Below, piece by piece: positions 27,450-35,516 of a DNA stretch of 64,000 nucleotides (position 1 is the first letter of the stretch; each line of letters begins with the position of its first letter). The translations under genes and the position numbers were made by a program. Origin of the DNA: Candidatus Bathyarchaeota archaeon. Lineage in GTDB: Archaea; Thermoproteota; Bathyarchaeia; 40CM-2-53-6. Under the pieces are notes generated by a model. That model was given only the letters and a program-made list of their open reading frames with translations, was not told where the DNA came from and searched no databases. The stretch is taken from contig VBAX01000049.1 in NCBI GenBank assembly GCA_005883075.1, positions 7,064 through 71,063 on the forward strand, given 5' to 3'.

Positions 27450-28244
27450 TTAGGGACCAGAACTTACCCAGGTAACTGAAAAGCTAGTGCTGTCGCTGGA
27501 CGGGTTCGAGGGTGAGGCTTTTGTCGCGCCGCCGCTGGTCACCATCGTTATCTTTTGAACGTTCGAGCCGAACGTTCCAAAGGCTGCCGTGGTCACACCA
27601 ATCGTCGCATAGCAAGTGCTGCCGACTCCTGTATTGTCGAGTCCGAATCTGACTGTCCCGAAGTTTGCAAGCGGGAGGATACCACCGCTGCTCGAGGGGG
27701 CCTCGGCGATCCATTCTGCTGAAGACTGTTGTGCCCTATGAACCATTGACGAGGTGCTAAAGCTCTGGCCCGTCGTAGTGTCAGAAATGCTGACGGTGAA
27801 TTTTCCATTGCCCAACGCATGTGCTTCTGCAGATATCACGTCTCCCGGATGAACAGAGATGCCGTTGATGAGAAAAGATGGATGCGGAAAGAACTCGTAC
27901 CAAGCATAGTACGTGGGGACGCCGTTCTGACAGTCAGAATCGGTACCTGTTTGCTCTACAGTGCCTGAACTGTACCCGTCGATTCCGACCCAGAAGCTAG
28001 AGTACTGGTCAGTGTTCGGACAATTGCCCTGTATCGTCGGGACCACCCATGATCCCTTTGCGTCGCTGACGGATCCGGCAGAGCCTGTCACGGCGAATCC
28101 GCTCCAGTTTGTGCTGCTAACGCTTCCGTGGTGAATGCGTGGTGCGACGACTATCGATGGTGTTGGGAGAGCCGCGGCAAAGCTGAGAGTTGATAGGAAG
28201 ACAATAGCGAATGTTGCAAGGGTTGTTGTGAAGAAGTGTCGCAT
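27450..28244 (-). CDS. secreted glutamic peptidase, family G1 (eqolisin / peptidase A4-like)
   Basis: SSTNWSGFAVTG, SSFWVGIDGYSSGTVEQTG, YYAWYEFFP and SAEWIAEAPS match the G1 core with its catalytic Gln/Glu context. I chose the Met at 28244 (MRHFFTTTLATFAIVFLSTLSFAAA signal), because the longer 28451 start overlaps the neighbouring gene. Confidence 0.8.
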   Translation of the reverse strand: MRHFFTTTLATFAIVFLSTLSFAAALPTPSIVVAPRIHHGSVSSTNWSGFAVTGSAGSVSDAKGSWVVPTIQGNCPNTDQYSSFWVGIDGYSSGTVEQTGTDSDCQNGVPTYYAWYEFFPHPSFLINGISVHPGDVISAEAHALGNGKFTVSISDTTTGQSFSTSSMVHRAQQSSAEWIAEAPSSSGGILPLANFGTVRFGLDNTGVGSTCYATIGVTTAAFGTFGSNVQKITMVTSGGATKASPSNPSSDSTSFSVTWVSSGP

Positions 28245-28380
28245 TGACAATTTTTCCTCGAGCATTTCTGCGAAAGCGGAATCAAAATAAGCCTTGTGGG
28301 GATCTTTGCTGGCCATTCTTGCGCGCGCCAAAATAGCCCCGTTAGGAGGATCTAGATTCCAGAGGCGAGACCTAGGGGAG

Positions 28381-28743
28381 CTATTTCTGCAGGACTCCGG
28401 GTTCGGGTCGGAGTTCCACGATGAGTCCATCGCTCCATTGGTACTTTGCATCCATCAGGTCCGACACCTTATTAGCCAGTTCGGGCTCTTCAGATGAATC
28501 GATAATCCGGCCCAGTCCCACGTACTTGTCGCTGTCCACCTCGAACGAGATTCCAGGATGGTTCTTGATGTTCCGAACCCAATGAGCCTCCTCACGGTAT
28601 TGCGAGACGAGATAGAATCGTCCCTCATGTCGGATGTACCAGATTTCGATTCTGTGGGGTGCCTTAGTCTTCCAGCCTTCAGTAGTGAGATAGAGAAACT
28701 GGTGTTTGCGGTCCTTCAGAAACCACCCCTCTGAAAACCACAC
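28381..28743 (-). CDS. deazaflavin-dependent nitroreductase/DUF385-like split-barrel protein
   Basis: 120-aa ORF with TTEGWKTKAPHRIEIWYIRHEGRFYLVSQYREEAHWVRNIKNHPGISFEV, the DUF385/F420H2-dependent reductase pattern. Confidence 0.65.
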   Translation of the reverse strand: MWFSEGWFLKDRKHQFLYLTTEGWKTKAPHRIEIWYIRHEGRFYLVSQYREEAHWVRNIKNHPGISFEVDSDKYVGLGRIIDSSEEPELANKVSDLMDAKYQWSDGLIVELRPEPGVLQK

Positions 28744-28750
28744 CTAATTG

Positions 28751-29143
28751 TTACTTCCTCCGCTTCTCTGGGACATAAGCTATGCCCTGAATCTCCACCT
28801 TCATCCCAAATAGCAGGTCGCCAGCCTGGACAGTCGTCCTTGCAGGCTTGGGATCATGGAAGAAACTGGAGTAGGCCTCGTTCATTCCAGAATAATCTGA
28901 TAGATCTTTTAGATAGACTGTTGTCTGGAGGACGCAGTCCATATTGGATCCCGCAGCCTCCAAGATCCTCTTGAAGTTCTCCAGAGTAGCTTTCGTCTGG
29001 GCTCTAATATCTCCTGGAGTGACTTTCCCGTTCTTGTCGATTGGCCCCTGTCCTGAGACAAACAATAATCCTCCAAACTTGACTGCAGGGGAAAAGGGAA
29101 GACCCAGCGGTGCAGGTCTCGTTTTCACAACTTTCTTCTTCAT
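28751..29143 (-). CDS. ridA: RidA/YjgF/L-PSP family reactive-intermediate deaminase
   Basis: 130-aa ORF with FSPAVKFGGLLFVSGQGPID, TTVYLKDLSDYSGMNEAY, PARTTVQAGDL and VEIQGIA. Confidence 0.9.
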   Translation of the reverse strand: MKKKVVKTRPAPLGLPFSPAVKFGGLLFVSGQGPIDKNGKVTPGDIRAQTKATLENFKRILEAAGSNMDCVLQTTVYLKDLSDYSGMNEAYSSFFHDPKPARTTVQAGDLLFGMKVEIQGIAYVPEKRRK

Positions 29144-29213
29144 ACCAATCGGGTGGTCATTCCCCGTTCTCGGTGTTTAAGAGTTGAGAGATAACATGGT
29201 GGAATGAATTGTC

Positions 29214-30200
29214 ATGCGGGAAAAGGCAGATTCAGGTTCAGAAATTCTCGGCCCAATACCTCTGAAACTAATCGAGGAGGCCGGAGAACGCATCAAAGGC
29301 GCAGCTCTACGAACTCCTCTCGTCCGCTTGAACGTTGACGAAGCACCTGCAGAAATCTTTCTGAAACTAGAGAATTTGCAACCTACCGGCTCCTTCAAAG
29401 TTCGGGGCGCAAGCAATGCAATCGCTCTTGCGGGTCCAGAGGCGAAGAAGCGTGGAGTATACACCTGTAGCGCTGGAAATATGGCTCAGGCGCTCGCCTG
29501 GCAGGCTCGCCAAAACAAGATTCCATGCACCGTAATCGTTCCGGACAACGCTCCGGAGACGAAGCTAGAAGCTATCCGAAGGTTCGGAGCAAAGATCATC
29601 CAGGTGTCGTTTGATGAAGTCTGGAAAGTCGTCGTTACTCATCATTATCCTCCCCTCGACGGCTCGGTGTTCATCCACCCATTTGCAGATATCCGAATGA
29701 TGGCAGGCAATGGAACCGCTGGACTTGAGGTCTTGGAAGATCTGCCCGACGTTGACTCGGTTGTGATACCGTTCGGTGGTGGAGGGCTATCCGTAGGTAT
29801 CGCCTCAGGGACACGTGCGAAAAGGCCCCAGACTCGGGTCTACGCTGTAGAGCCAGAAACAGCGGCGCCATTGTCTGCCTCTTTCGCAGCTGGTTCAGCC
29901 CAAGAGATCGAGAGGGTTCCCAGTTTTGTTGATGGTATCGGTGGAAAGAGTGTTCTGCCCGAGATGTGGGAACGCGCTAGGACCCTGCTTGTACCCCTCG
30001 TCGTTTCTCTCTCGGAGATCGCTGCAGCCATCAAGCTCTTGATAGAGCGCAACAGGATCGTTGCTGAAGGCGCTGGCGCGGCATCTGTCGCTGCAGCCAT
30101 GACGGGCAAGGCTGGGTCGGGAAAAATTGTCTGCATCGTATCCGGCGGCAATATTGACTCTTCAAAGCTGGGAAAGATTCTCGCGGGTAGCGTTCCGTAG
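29214..30200 (+). CDS. threonine/serine dehydratase-like PLP enzyme (fold type II)
   Basis: 328-aa ORF with the PLP-lysine motif ENLQPTGSFKVRGASN, a glycine loop IPFGGGGLSVGIA, and CIVSGGN. It lies divergently adjacent to ridA. Confidence 0.85.
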   Translation: MREKADSGSEILGPIPLKLIEEAGERIKGAALRTPLVRLNVDEAPAEIFLKLENLQPTGSFKVRGASNAIALAGPEAKKRGVYTCSAGNMAQALAWQARQNKIPCTVIVPDNAPETKLEAIRRFGAKIIQVSFDEVWKVVVTHHYPPLDGSVFIHPFADIRMMAGNGTAGLEVLEDLPDVDSVVIPFGGGGLSVGIASGTRAKRPQTRVYAVEPETAAPLSASFAAGSAQEIERVPSFVDGIGGKSVLPEMWERARTLLVPLVVSLSEIAAAIKLLIERNRIVAEGAGAASVAAAMTGKAGSGKIVCIVSGGNIDSSKLGKILAGSVP

Positions 30201-30203
30201 CTG

Positions 30204-30833
30204 CTAGGTCACTAGCTTCAGAACGTAGGACCCGAGGATTTTACTCGCCAGGATTACGAGAATTCCTAGGACCACCATTTTCAGCGCTGACTTTGTTGCT
30301 GACTGTTTGAGTGTGACTCCTCGGAATGCTCCAAGCAAGAAGAGCATCATGACTCCGATGATTATGGACGCTGTCACAGCGTATGTGTCCGGAAAGAGGA
30401 CCAAAGGAAACAACAATACAAGCGAGGCCAGGGCGGAAGTAATCGCTGTGACAATTCCCGACCCTAAGGCCCTTCGATTGATCTTTCCCAACAATCGATG
30501 GACCTTCGGATGTTCCGTTGTAATAGGGACATGCCTTTTCTTGTTGAGGTTTGTTTGTCTTGACCGCTGGCGATTCGTCCGCGTTATCGCCTCCAGCAAC
30601 TGCGTCTTCTTCTCATGCGTTTCCGAGAGGTAGACTGCTGCGAAAACAGATAGCGCGCCTGCCACCGCTCCGCCTACGCCCGTTGCGAAGATCTGGACTG
30701 GTATCAGCGCTGCAGAGCCTGCGGCTGATATGATTCCGAGCACTGAGAATAGGCCGTCTATGGAGCCGAAGACGAGTTCGGCGCTTCGACTCCCTGTCTC
30801 TTCAACTACTAGCTCTGTGCTCTGTACTGCCAA
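30204..30833 (-). CDS. VIT1/CCC1 family iron/manganese transporter
   Basis: 209-aa ORF with ELVFGSIDGLFSVLGIISAAGSA, a central charged region, and C-terminal TM helices typical of VIT1. Confidence 0.8.
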   Translation of the reverse strand: MAVQSTELVVEETGSRSAELVFGSIDGLFSVLGIISAAGSAALIPVQIFATGVGGAVAGALSVFAAVYLSETHEKKTQLLEAITRTNRQRSRQTNLNKKRHVPITTEHPKVHRLLGKINRRALGSGIVTAITSALASLVLLFPLVLFPDTYAVTASIIIGVMMLFLLGAFRGVTLKQSATKSALKMVVLGILVILASKILGSYVLKLVT

Positions 30834-30979
30834 GTCGCGTCATCCCCGGAGGGGCATGCGACATGACTCTGTTCCCCGGCATGAGCATGCTGTTACTGGA
30901 CGATAGCCTGACCAAGAATCGTCGCTGGGGTTCTCCAAGTGTTTCCTTTGTAGAGTTCCTGTTTTGTGGTTGGTGTCAG

Positions 30980-31576
30980 TTATGAGCGATTAGTTGCTGC
31001 TGGAATAGGCTGGGGTCCCGGATTCTTCTCCGGAGTCTTTCGTGTTTTGGCGTTCTTGGCAGTGACAGCCGCGGCAAGAAGGATCTTGGCCGTGTCCTCT
31101 ATAGAGCCAAAACTCGTATCGAGGATTAAGTGGTAAATCGACCAGTCATCGACGCTGAATCCATAATGCTTCCGATATCTCTCAGCTTGCACGGCTTCCC
31201 TGTGCAATGTCTGTCTCCTCGCCTCCTCGAGACTAATGTGGTCTCGCGCGGCAATCCTCTCCAGCCTCACTACTAGAGGAGCGGTCAACAAGATCCTCAG
31301 GTCGGAAATCTCCTTCAACACCCACCCGGCTAGCTGCCCATCAACCACCACGTCACCACTCTCCGCTTCCATCATGGTCCTTTCATCTACTAAGCGGTCA
31401 ATGCCTGGATCGGCGGCAGCCATCTCCTGGAATTTTTCTAGTGAAACCTTTCCTTCTTCAGCTAGCTTTCTGAACAGCATGCCAGCGGACACATGACGGA
31501 GACCGAGTGATCCCGCGAGTTTCGCTGCGTATGTGGACTTGCCTGACCCGTGTGGCCCGCTAACAGTCACAATCAA
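30980..31576 (-). CDS. cmk: cytidylate kinase, archaeal type
   Basis: 198-aa ORF with MIVTVSGPHGSGKSTYAAKLAGSLGLRHVSAGMLFRKLAEE. It overlaps L34e by 4 nt. Confidence 0.9.
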   Translation of the reverse strand: MIVTVSGPHGSGKSTYAAKLAGSLGLRHVSAGMLFRKLAEEGKVSLEKFQEMAAADPGIDRLVDERTMMEAESGDVVVDGQLAGWVLKEISDLRILLTAPLVVRLERIAARDHISLEEARRQTLHREAVQAERYRKHYGFSVDDWSIYHLILDTSFGSIEDTAKILLAAAVTAKNAKTRKTPEKNPGPQPIPAATNRS

Positions 31577-31845
31577 TCCATGGAACCTGACGCGCGAGCA
31601 ACTCGTCTAATCTCAGACGCCAAACAGTTGCCACACAGCACTCCGGCAAATAGGCGCGAGGGAACGCGCGAGCTCTTAGCCACTCCGACCGGTCTTCCCG
31701 TGACCACTCCGTGCAGCTCAGCTCCGCATCGGGAACACTGCGGGGTTCTGTGCGCCTTGGCTTCAAAGTGGATCGCTCGAACACCAGAGGGCAACGTAAG
31801 CACCTTTTTTCGGCGCCCGCTAGTTCTCTGCGACGGTCGCGTCAA
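31573..31845 (-). CDS. rpl34e: 50S ribosomal protein L34e (eL34)
   Basis: 90-aa ORF with RPSQRTSGRRKKVLTLPSGVRAIHFEAKAHRTPQCSRCGAELHGV. Confidence 0.9.
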   Translation of the reverse strand: MTRPSQRTSGRRKKVLTLPSGVRAIHFEAKAHRTPQCSRCGAELHGVVTGRPVGVAKSSRVPSRLFAGVLCGNCLASEIRRVARASGSMD

Positions 31846-32396
31846 CTAGATTCTCCTGTTGTTGGAGTCATCGAGAACGAGGACTGGACTCCAAACAATC
31901 TTGACAATGGAATGCTCAGAGTGAATGAGCAGATTAGATACCAGTAGAACAGGGACAGTACTGAGAACATACCGTTGCTTGTTGTTGTTGTGAATGGTAG
32001 AGCGAGCGGCGCGTAGGCCACGGGAATCGAGCCAATCGCCGTGACGACGGTGTAGTAGATCAAGAGAAAAGGTATGATCGTGATCGGGTATGTCTTAAAC
32101 TGCTCGAAGGTCGATCGCGAGCTCATCTTCATCATAGCAGACTGTCGTCTCATCAACTTCTCGAGCGCTTTCTCGTCTCCCTCTTTCTTGGCTTTCCGCA
32201 CTGCACTTGTCCAGGCCATATACTCCCGTCTTGAGTTAGCAATCATCTTGTAATTCACGAGAAACCGGTTGGCAGACATTGTAATTAGCGAGAGAACGAT
32301 GGCCGCGCCTAGCACCATGAGGGTCGCGGAGGGGGGATGACTATACTGACGAAGAGGCGCAGCCAAGGTGTTCAGAATGTCGTCGATGAAAGTCAT
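31842..32396 (-). CDS. DUF106 (EMC3/TMCO1/Oxa1-superfamily-like) membrane protein
   Basis: 184-aa ORF with TM1, a charged coiled-coil (RKAKKEGDEKALEKLMRRQSAMMKM), then TM2-3. It occupies the canonical archaeal position between adk and L34e. Confidence 0.8.
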   Translation of the reverse strand: MTFIDDILNTLAAPLRQYSHPPSATLMVLGAAIVLSLITMSANRFLVNYKMIANSRREYMAWTSAVRKAKKEGDEKALEKLMRRQSAMMKMSSRSTFEQFKTYPITIIPFLLIYYTVVTAIGSIPVAYAPLALPFTTTTSNGMFSVLSLFYWYLICSFTLSIPLSRLFGVQSSFSMTPTTGESS

Positions 32397-32983
32397 TGTA
32401 GGGTCCGCTTCTGGATCAGCGCCAAAAGGTCTTCTGCCGCTCGCCTCTGATGCCCATCAGGATTCAATACTATTTGGATGGGAGCACCCGCCAAGACAGC
32501 ATTAGCGCTCGCCATGTATCTCGACCATTCAAGGTCTGAACGAGCCTCGTCTACAGTCTTGCTGTCTCTTTCGCGCGTTCGGTCGGCATTCCTTCTCCTG
32601 GCAATGTCCTCGGGATCGGCTTCGATTAGGATAATCAGACCAGGATCAAGTGCTTCCAAGACTCTTCGAGGCGTTCCCGGCCATATGCCATCTTTGGTCC
32701 TGACGAACATGTGAGTGTCAACTACGAGGGCCGTTTTGCCTCCTGTCTTTCCGATCTTGCGTGCAGCTTGTTCTTGCACCTTGGTCTGGAGTTCGAGGTC
32801 TTGGCGGCGCATGTGGTCACGGTGGACTGTTTTTCCCCGCTTTTTGAAGAGCTCGTTCATTACGTTTCCAAAGTTGATGATCTTCAATGGGATGTTCTTT
32901 TCGTGTGCGACGGTTTCCAGTTCTTGTAGAACGGTGGTCTTGCCTACCCCGGGTATCCCTGCTACTATGATGGTGCGTGACAA
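32393..32983 (-). CDS. adkA: adenylate kinase, archaeal type
   Basis: 196-aa ORF with IIVAGIPGVGKTTVLQEL (P-loop). It sits in the canonical position downstream of secY. Confidence 0.9.
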   Translation of the reverse strand: MSRTIIVAGIPGVGKTTVLQELETVAHEKNIPLKIINFGNVMNELFKKRGKTVHRDHMRRQDLELQTKVQEQAARKIGKTGGKTALVVDTHMFVRTKDGIWPGTPRRVLEALDPGLIILIEADPEDIARRRNADRTRERDSKTVDEARSDLEWSRYMASANAVLAGAPIQIVLNPDGHQRRAAEDLLALIQKRTLQ

Positions 32984-32992
32984 TTCGCTGGC

Positions 32993-34477
32993 TCACTGTC
33001 CGAGGAATCCCTTGACTCCAGGGTATATCTCGGTAATCCTCTCTTTCACCAGTATCTCATAGTACTGTTCGATGATGCCTACCGTAAGCAGTATTCCTGT
33101 TCCTGTGCCGAAAGCGCCGAGAAAGTCTGCGCCTGCCGCGATTGTGCCAATGACGATTCCACCGATAACGGTTACCGTTGGTATGTAGCGGTCGAGGATC
33201 TGTCGTATCGTGGTGCCGGAGCGTCGGAATCCTTCGACTTGCATTCCGGAGTCGATCAGTTGCTTCGCGACTGTCTTCGAATCCATGCCGCCTACCTCGA
33301 CCCATGTGACCGCGAAGAAGACGCAGGCTAGGACGAAGATCCCCATGTAGACTGCCGCTCTAATGGGATCTTCAAGGACAACTGTAATGGATCTGGGGGC
33401 GAAGGTGTAGTATGCGAGGCCTTTGCTGGGGACGAGCTGTTGGTTGGTTGAGCTGGTGGGTACGAAGCAGCCTGGGAATAGGCTTAGCCAGAAGTTTAGT
33501 CCCGTGCTTGAGCACGTGGGGTTGTATCTTTGGAAGAGTAGTTGTCCGATAAAGAAGATGTTTCCGAAGAGGGCGGCTGCGAAGATGACGGGTATGTTGG
33601 ATACGTAGAAGAACTTGATTGGGAAGCGTCCTCTGAAACCTCGATATCTGGCGTATGAGACTGGGACTTCGACACGCAACCCGTTGAGGTAGATTATGAG
33701 GATGAATACGCCTAGTGTTGTGAAGAGTCCGACCATGTCTGGTAGCCCGCTTCCTCCTCGGTAGAGGGCGCTCTGCCATGCGGAGAAGCTTCCCGGGTTG
33801 GATAGGACTGGTCCTATGGACTGGGCGAAGGCGAAGATCGCGCCGAGGGTTTTCTGATCTGAAACAGGTCCTATTGGCCCGATGGTGCTCCATACTATGG
33901 AGAGGCAGACGCCGGCGGCGATGAACAGGCTTATTCCGCTGCCGAATCCCCATTTTTTCTGCAGCATCTCGTCGAGTAGGATGATGACGACTCCTGCGAC
34001 TACGAGCTGGACGAGGATCAGGAACTGAGATTGTATGCTAGGCGTGACTAGCTGTCCGGCGCTGTTTGTGACGTTGTATGCTCCTCCTATCAGGAAGGCT
34101 ATTCCTTCGAAGATCGTCATGAATACCGAGAGTACTTTGCTGGCGCCGGTGAACAGGGCTCGGTCCGCTGGATTCGAGAAGTCGACATTGATCATCTTCG
34201 AACCGGAGAGCACTTGGAGGATTAGACCGGCTGTGACTATTGGCCCGATTCCGAGTTCGACTAGTGTTCCACGGTTGGATGCGAAGATGACTCGCAGGGG
34301 GCCGAACTGATCGTTGATGTTGCCGGTGTGGGTGATTCCGTAGATCGGGGTCTCAGCCATTATCAGATAAACGACGAGCGTGATCGCGGTCCAGATCAGC
34401 TTCTCGGTGAAGCCGACGTCTCTCGTTGGTGATCTGACGCCGGGGAGTATTCTGGTCAGGGGTTGGAATAGTTCTAT
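32993..34477 (-). CDS. secY: preprotein translocase subunit SecY (start codon non-canonical or unresolved)
   Basis: The 455-aa track ORF starts at ATG 34360. The same frame upstream, back to the L15 stop, encodes the conserved SecY N-terminus FIELFQPLTRILPGVRSPTRDVGFTEKLIWTAITLVVYLIM (TM1). It contains no ATG/GTG/TTG, so I provisionally used ATA 34477..34475. Confidence 0.85.
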   Translation of the reverse strand: MELFQPLTRILPGVRSPTRDVGFTEKLIWTAITLVVYLIMAETPIYGITHTGNINDQFGPLRVIFASNRGTLVELGIGPIVTAGLILQVLSGSKMINVDFSNPADRALFTGASKVLSVFMTIFEGIAFLIGGAYNVTNSAGQLVTPSIQSQFLILVQLVVAGVVIILLDEMLQKKWGFGSGISLFIAAGVCLSIVWSTIGPIGPVSDQKTLGAIFAFAQSIGPVLSNPGSFSAWQSALYRGGSGLPDMVGLFTTLGVFILIIYLNGLRVEVPVSYARYRGFRGRFPIKFFYVSNIPVIFAAALFGNIFFIGQLLFQRYNPTCSSTGLNFWLSLFPGCFVPTSSTNQQLVPSKGLAYYTFAPRSITVVLEDPIRAAVYMGIFVLACVFFAVTWVEVGGMDSKTVAKQLIDSGMQVEGFRRSGTTIRQILDRYIPTVTVIGGIVIGTIAAGADFLGAFGTGTGILLTVGIIEQYYEILVKERITEIYPGVKGFLGQ

Positions 34478-34495
34478 GAACCTGACCGTTAGCGA

Positions 34496-34942
34496 TCAGT
34501 CCTCTTTCTTCTTTGTTGGGAGGACAATTTCTCCGCCTGCCCTTCCTATCTTTTCTTGGGCACGTTCGGAGGTCTTTGCGACAATTATTCTTAGCGGCTG
34601 GCTTATCCCGCCGTTTCCCAGTAGTTTCTGGTATCCTGCTTTTCCGAGGTCAACTTCGACCATGTTACCGGCTTGTTTCGCGGAGCCCTCTTCTATCAGC
34701 CGGTCTAGCTGGAGAACTAGGTCGCTTACGTTGATCGCGTTAGTTATCTTTTGCCTGACGGGGTGGAAGCCTCTGCTTCCCATCTGCAGGTCGTAGCGTA
34801 TGACCGCGGACCATTTGTGGCGTTTCCAGCCTGCGTTGCCGTGTCCGCCTAGCATTCCTGAGTCTCGGTGTTGGCCTGAGCGTCCCCATCCGTGGCATCG
34901 GGAGCCTCGGAGTTTTCGTGTTTTTCTCTTTGCGGTGGTCAT
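34496..34942 (-). CDS. rpl15: 50S ribosomal protein L15 (uL15)
   Basis: 148-aa ORF with KTRKLRGSRCHGWGRSGQHRDSGMLGGHGNAGWKRHKW. Confidence 0.9.
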   Translation of the reverse strand: MTTAKRKTRKLRGSRCHGWGRSGQHRDSGMLGGHGNAGWKRHKWSAVIRYDLQMGSRGFHPVRQKITNAINVSDLVLQLDRLIEEGSAKQAGNMVEVDLGKAGYQKLLGNGGISQPLRIIVAKTSERAQEKIGRAGGEIVLPTKKKED

Positions 34943-35135
34943 GGCTGGGGGTTCACGTGTATGGTTTTTTGGCTGCTAGAGCATGCTCTAGTCTGAGCGT
35001 TTGTGGGGACCGGTCGCGGCGGAATTAAACGTTTTTCCAGTGCTCTTGATCGAGACGCGGTTTGTGTGGATGCGGGGAAAGCCAATTAGGGCCTTGCATC
35101 TGCTCCGTTGCGTTGCGGGCAGGGACTTGGTATTG

Positions 35136-35250
35136 CGGGAGTTGCCAAGCCAGGTCAAAGAGACCCTTTGATTCGAGGGTCGTGGAAGCGCAGGCCTGAG
35201 GCGCCTGTCCCGTAGGGGTTCGTGGGTTCGAATCCCACCTCCCGCACCAA
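35136..35250 (+). tRNA. tRNA-Leu(GAG), class II, with a 27-nt intron in the D-arm and encoded CCA
   Basis: Hand fold: acceptor GCGGGAG/CTCCCGC, discriminator A, CCA encoded. D-arm GCC-AAGCCAGGTCAAA-G|GC is completed only after removing 35162..35188. Anticodon arm is CAGGC-CTGAGGC-GCCTG (anticodon 35199..35201). Long variable arm is TCCCGTAGGGGTTC and T-arm is GTGGG-TTCGAAT-CCCAC. Confidence 0.85.
35162..35188 (+). other. putative tRNA-Leu intron (non-canonical position, D-arm)
   Basis: AGACCCTTTGATTCGAGGGTCGTGGAA contains the hairpin GACCC/GGGTC. Removing it restores the D-stem and the normal 85-nt class II length. Boundaries are inferred from tRNA architecture, not from a verified BHB fold. 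Confidence 0.65.
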
Positions 35251-35360
35251 ACCAACAAACACTCCGAAGCTTTTCGTTCTTTCAGACTTTTGTCTCTCGC
35301 CTACTCTCGCACACGGGGACTACGCAAAAGTTATACGAATTTATTTTCCGGATCCTCTTT

Positions 35361-35465
35361 CTGTCCGGGGGGAATCCGCGCTTGTTTTTTCGAGACGGGT
35401 TCGTTATCGGCTTATCCAGGATTTCTTGATCCCCGTGGAATCCCCGAGTGATAAGCGTGGAAATC
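35361..35465 (-). repeat. dispersed intergenic repeat family 2, copy Y (inverted relative to X)
   Basis: The reverse complement GATTTCCACGCTTATCACTCGGGGATTCCACGGGGATCAAGAAATCCTGGATAAGCCGATAACGAACCCGTCTCGAAAAAACAAGCGCGGATTCCCCCCGGACAG aligns with 26165..26270. Confidence 0.65.
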
Positions 35466-35516
35466 TATGCTCTCAAAATCGCCTGCTTGGAATCGAGATC
35501 TGGGCTGACTATCGGC

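Noticed and set aside
27450-28451. The long 333-aa version of the G1 peptidase ORF, and likewise the 16727 start for the CHRD protein, 42085 for the phosphoesterase-PKD protein, 58150 for OLD and 48800 for the PKD protein.
   Set aside because: The N-terminal extensions overlap neighbouring genes and have nonsense-like composition. Internal Met/TTG starts give proper signal peptides or conserved N-termini.
33372-33953. A 193-aa Arg/His/Pro-rich ORF and other alternative-frame ORFs within secY (33057..33305, 34035..34310, 34380..34796).
   Set aside because: They overlap the strongly supported secY and uL15 frames and have nonsense-like composition.
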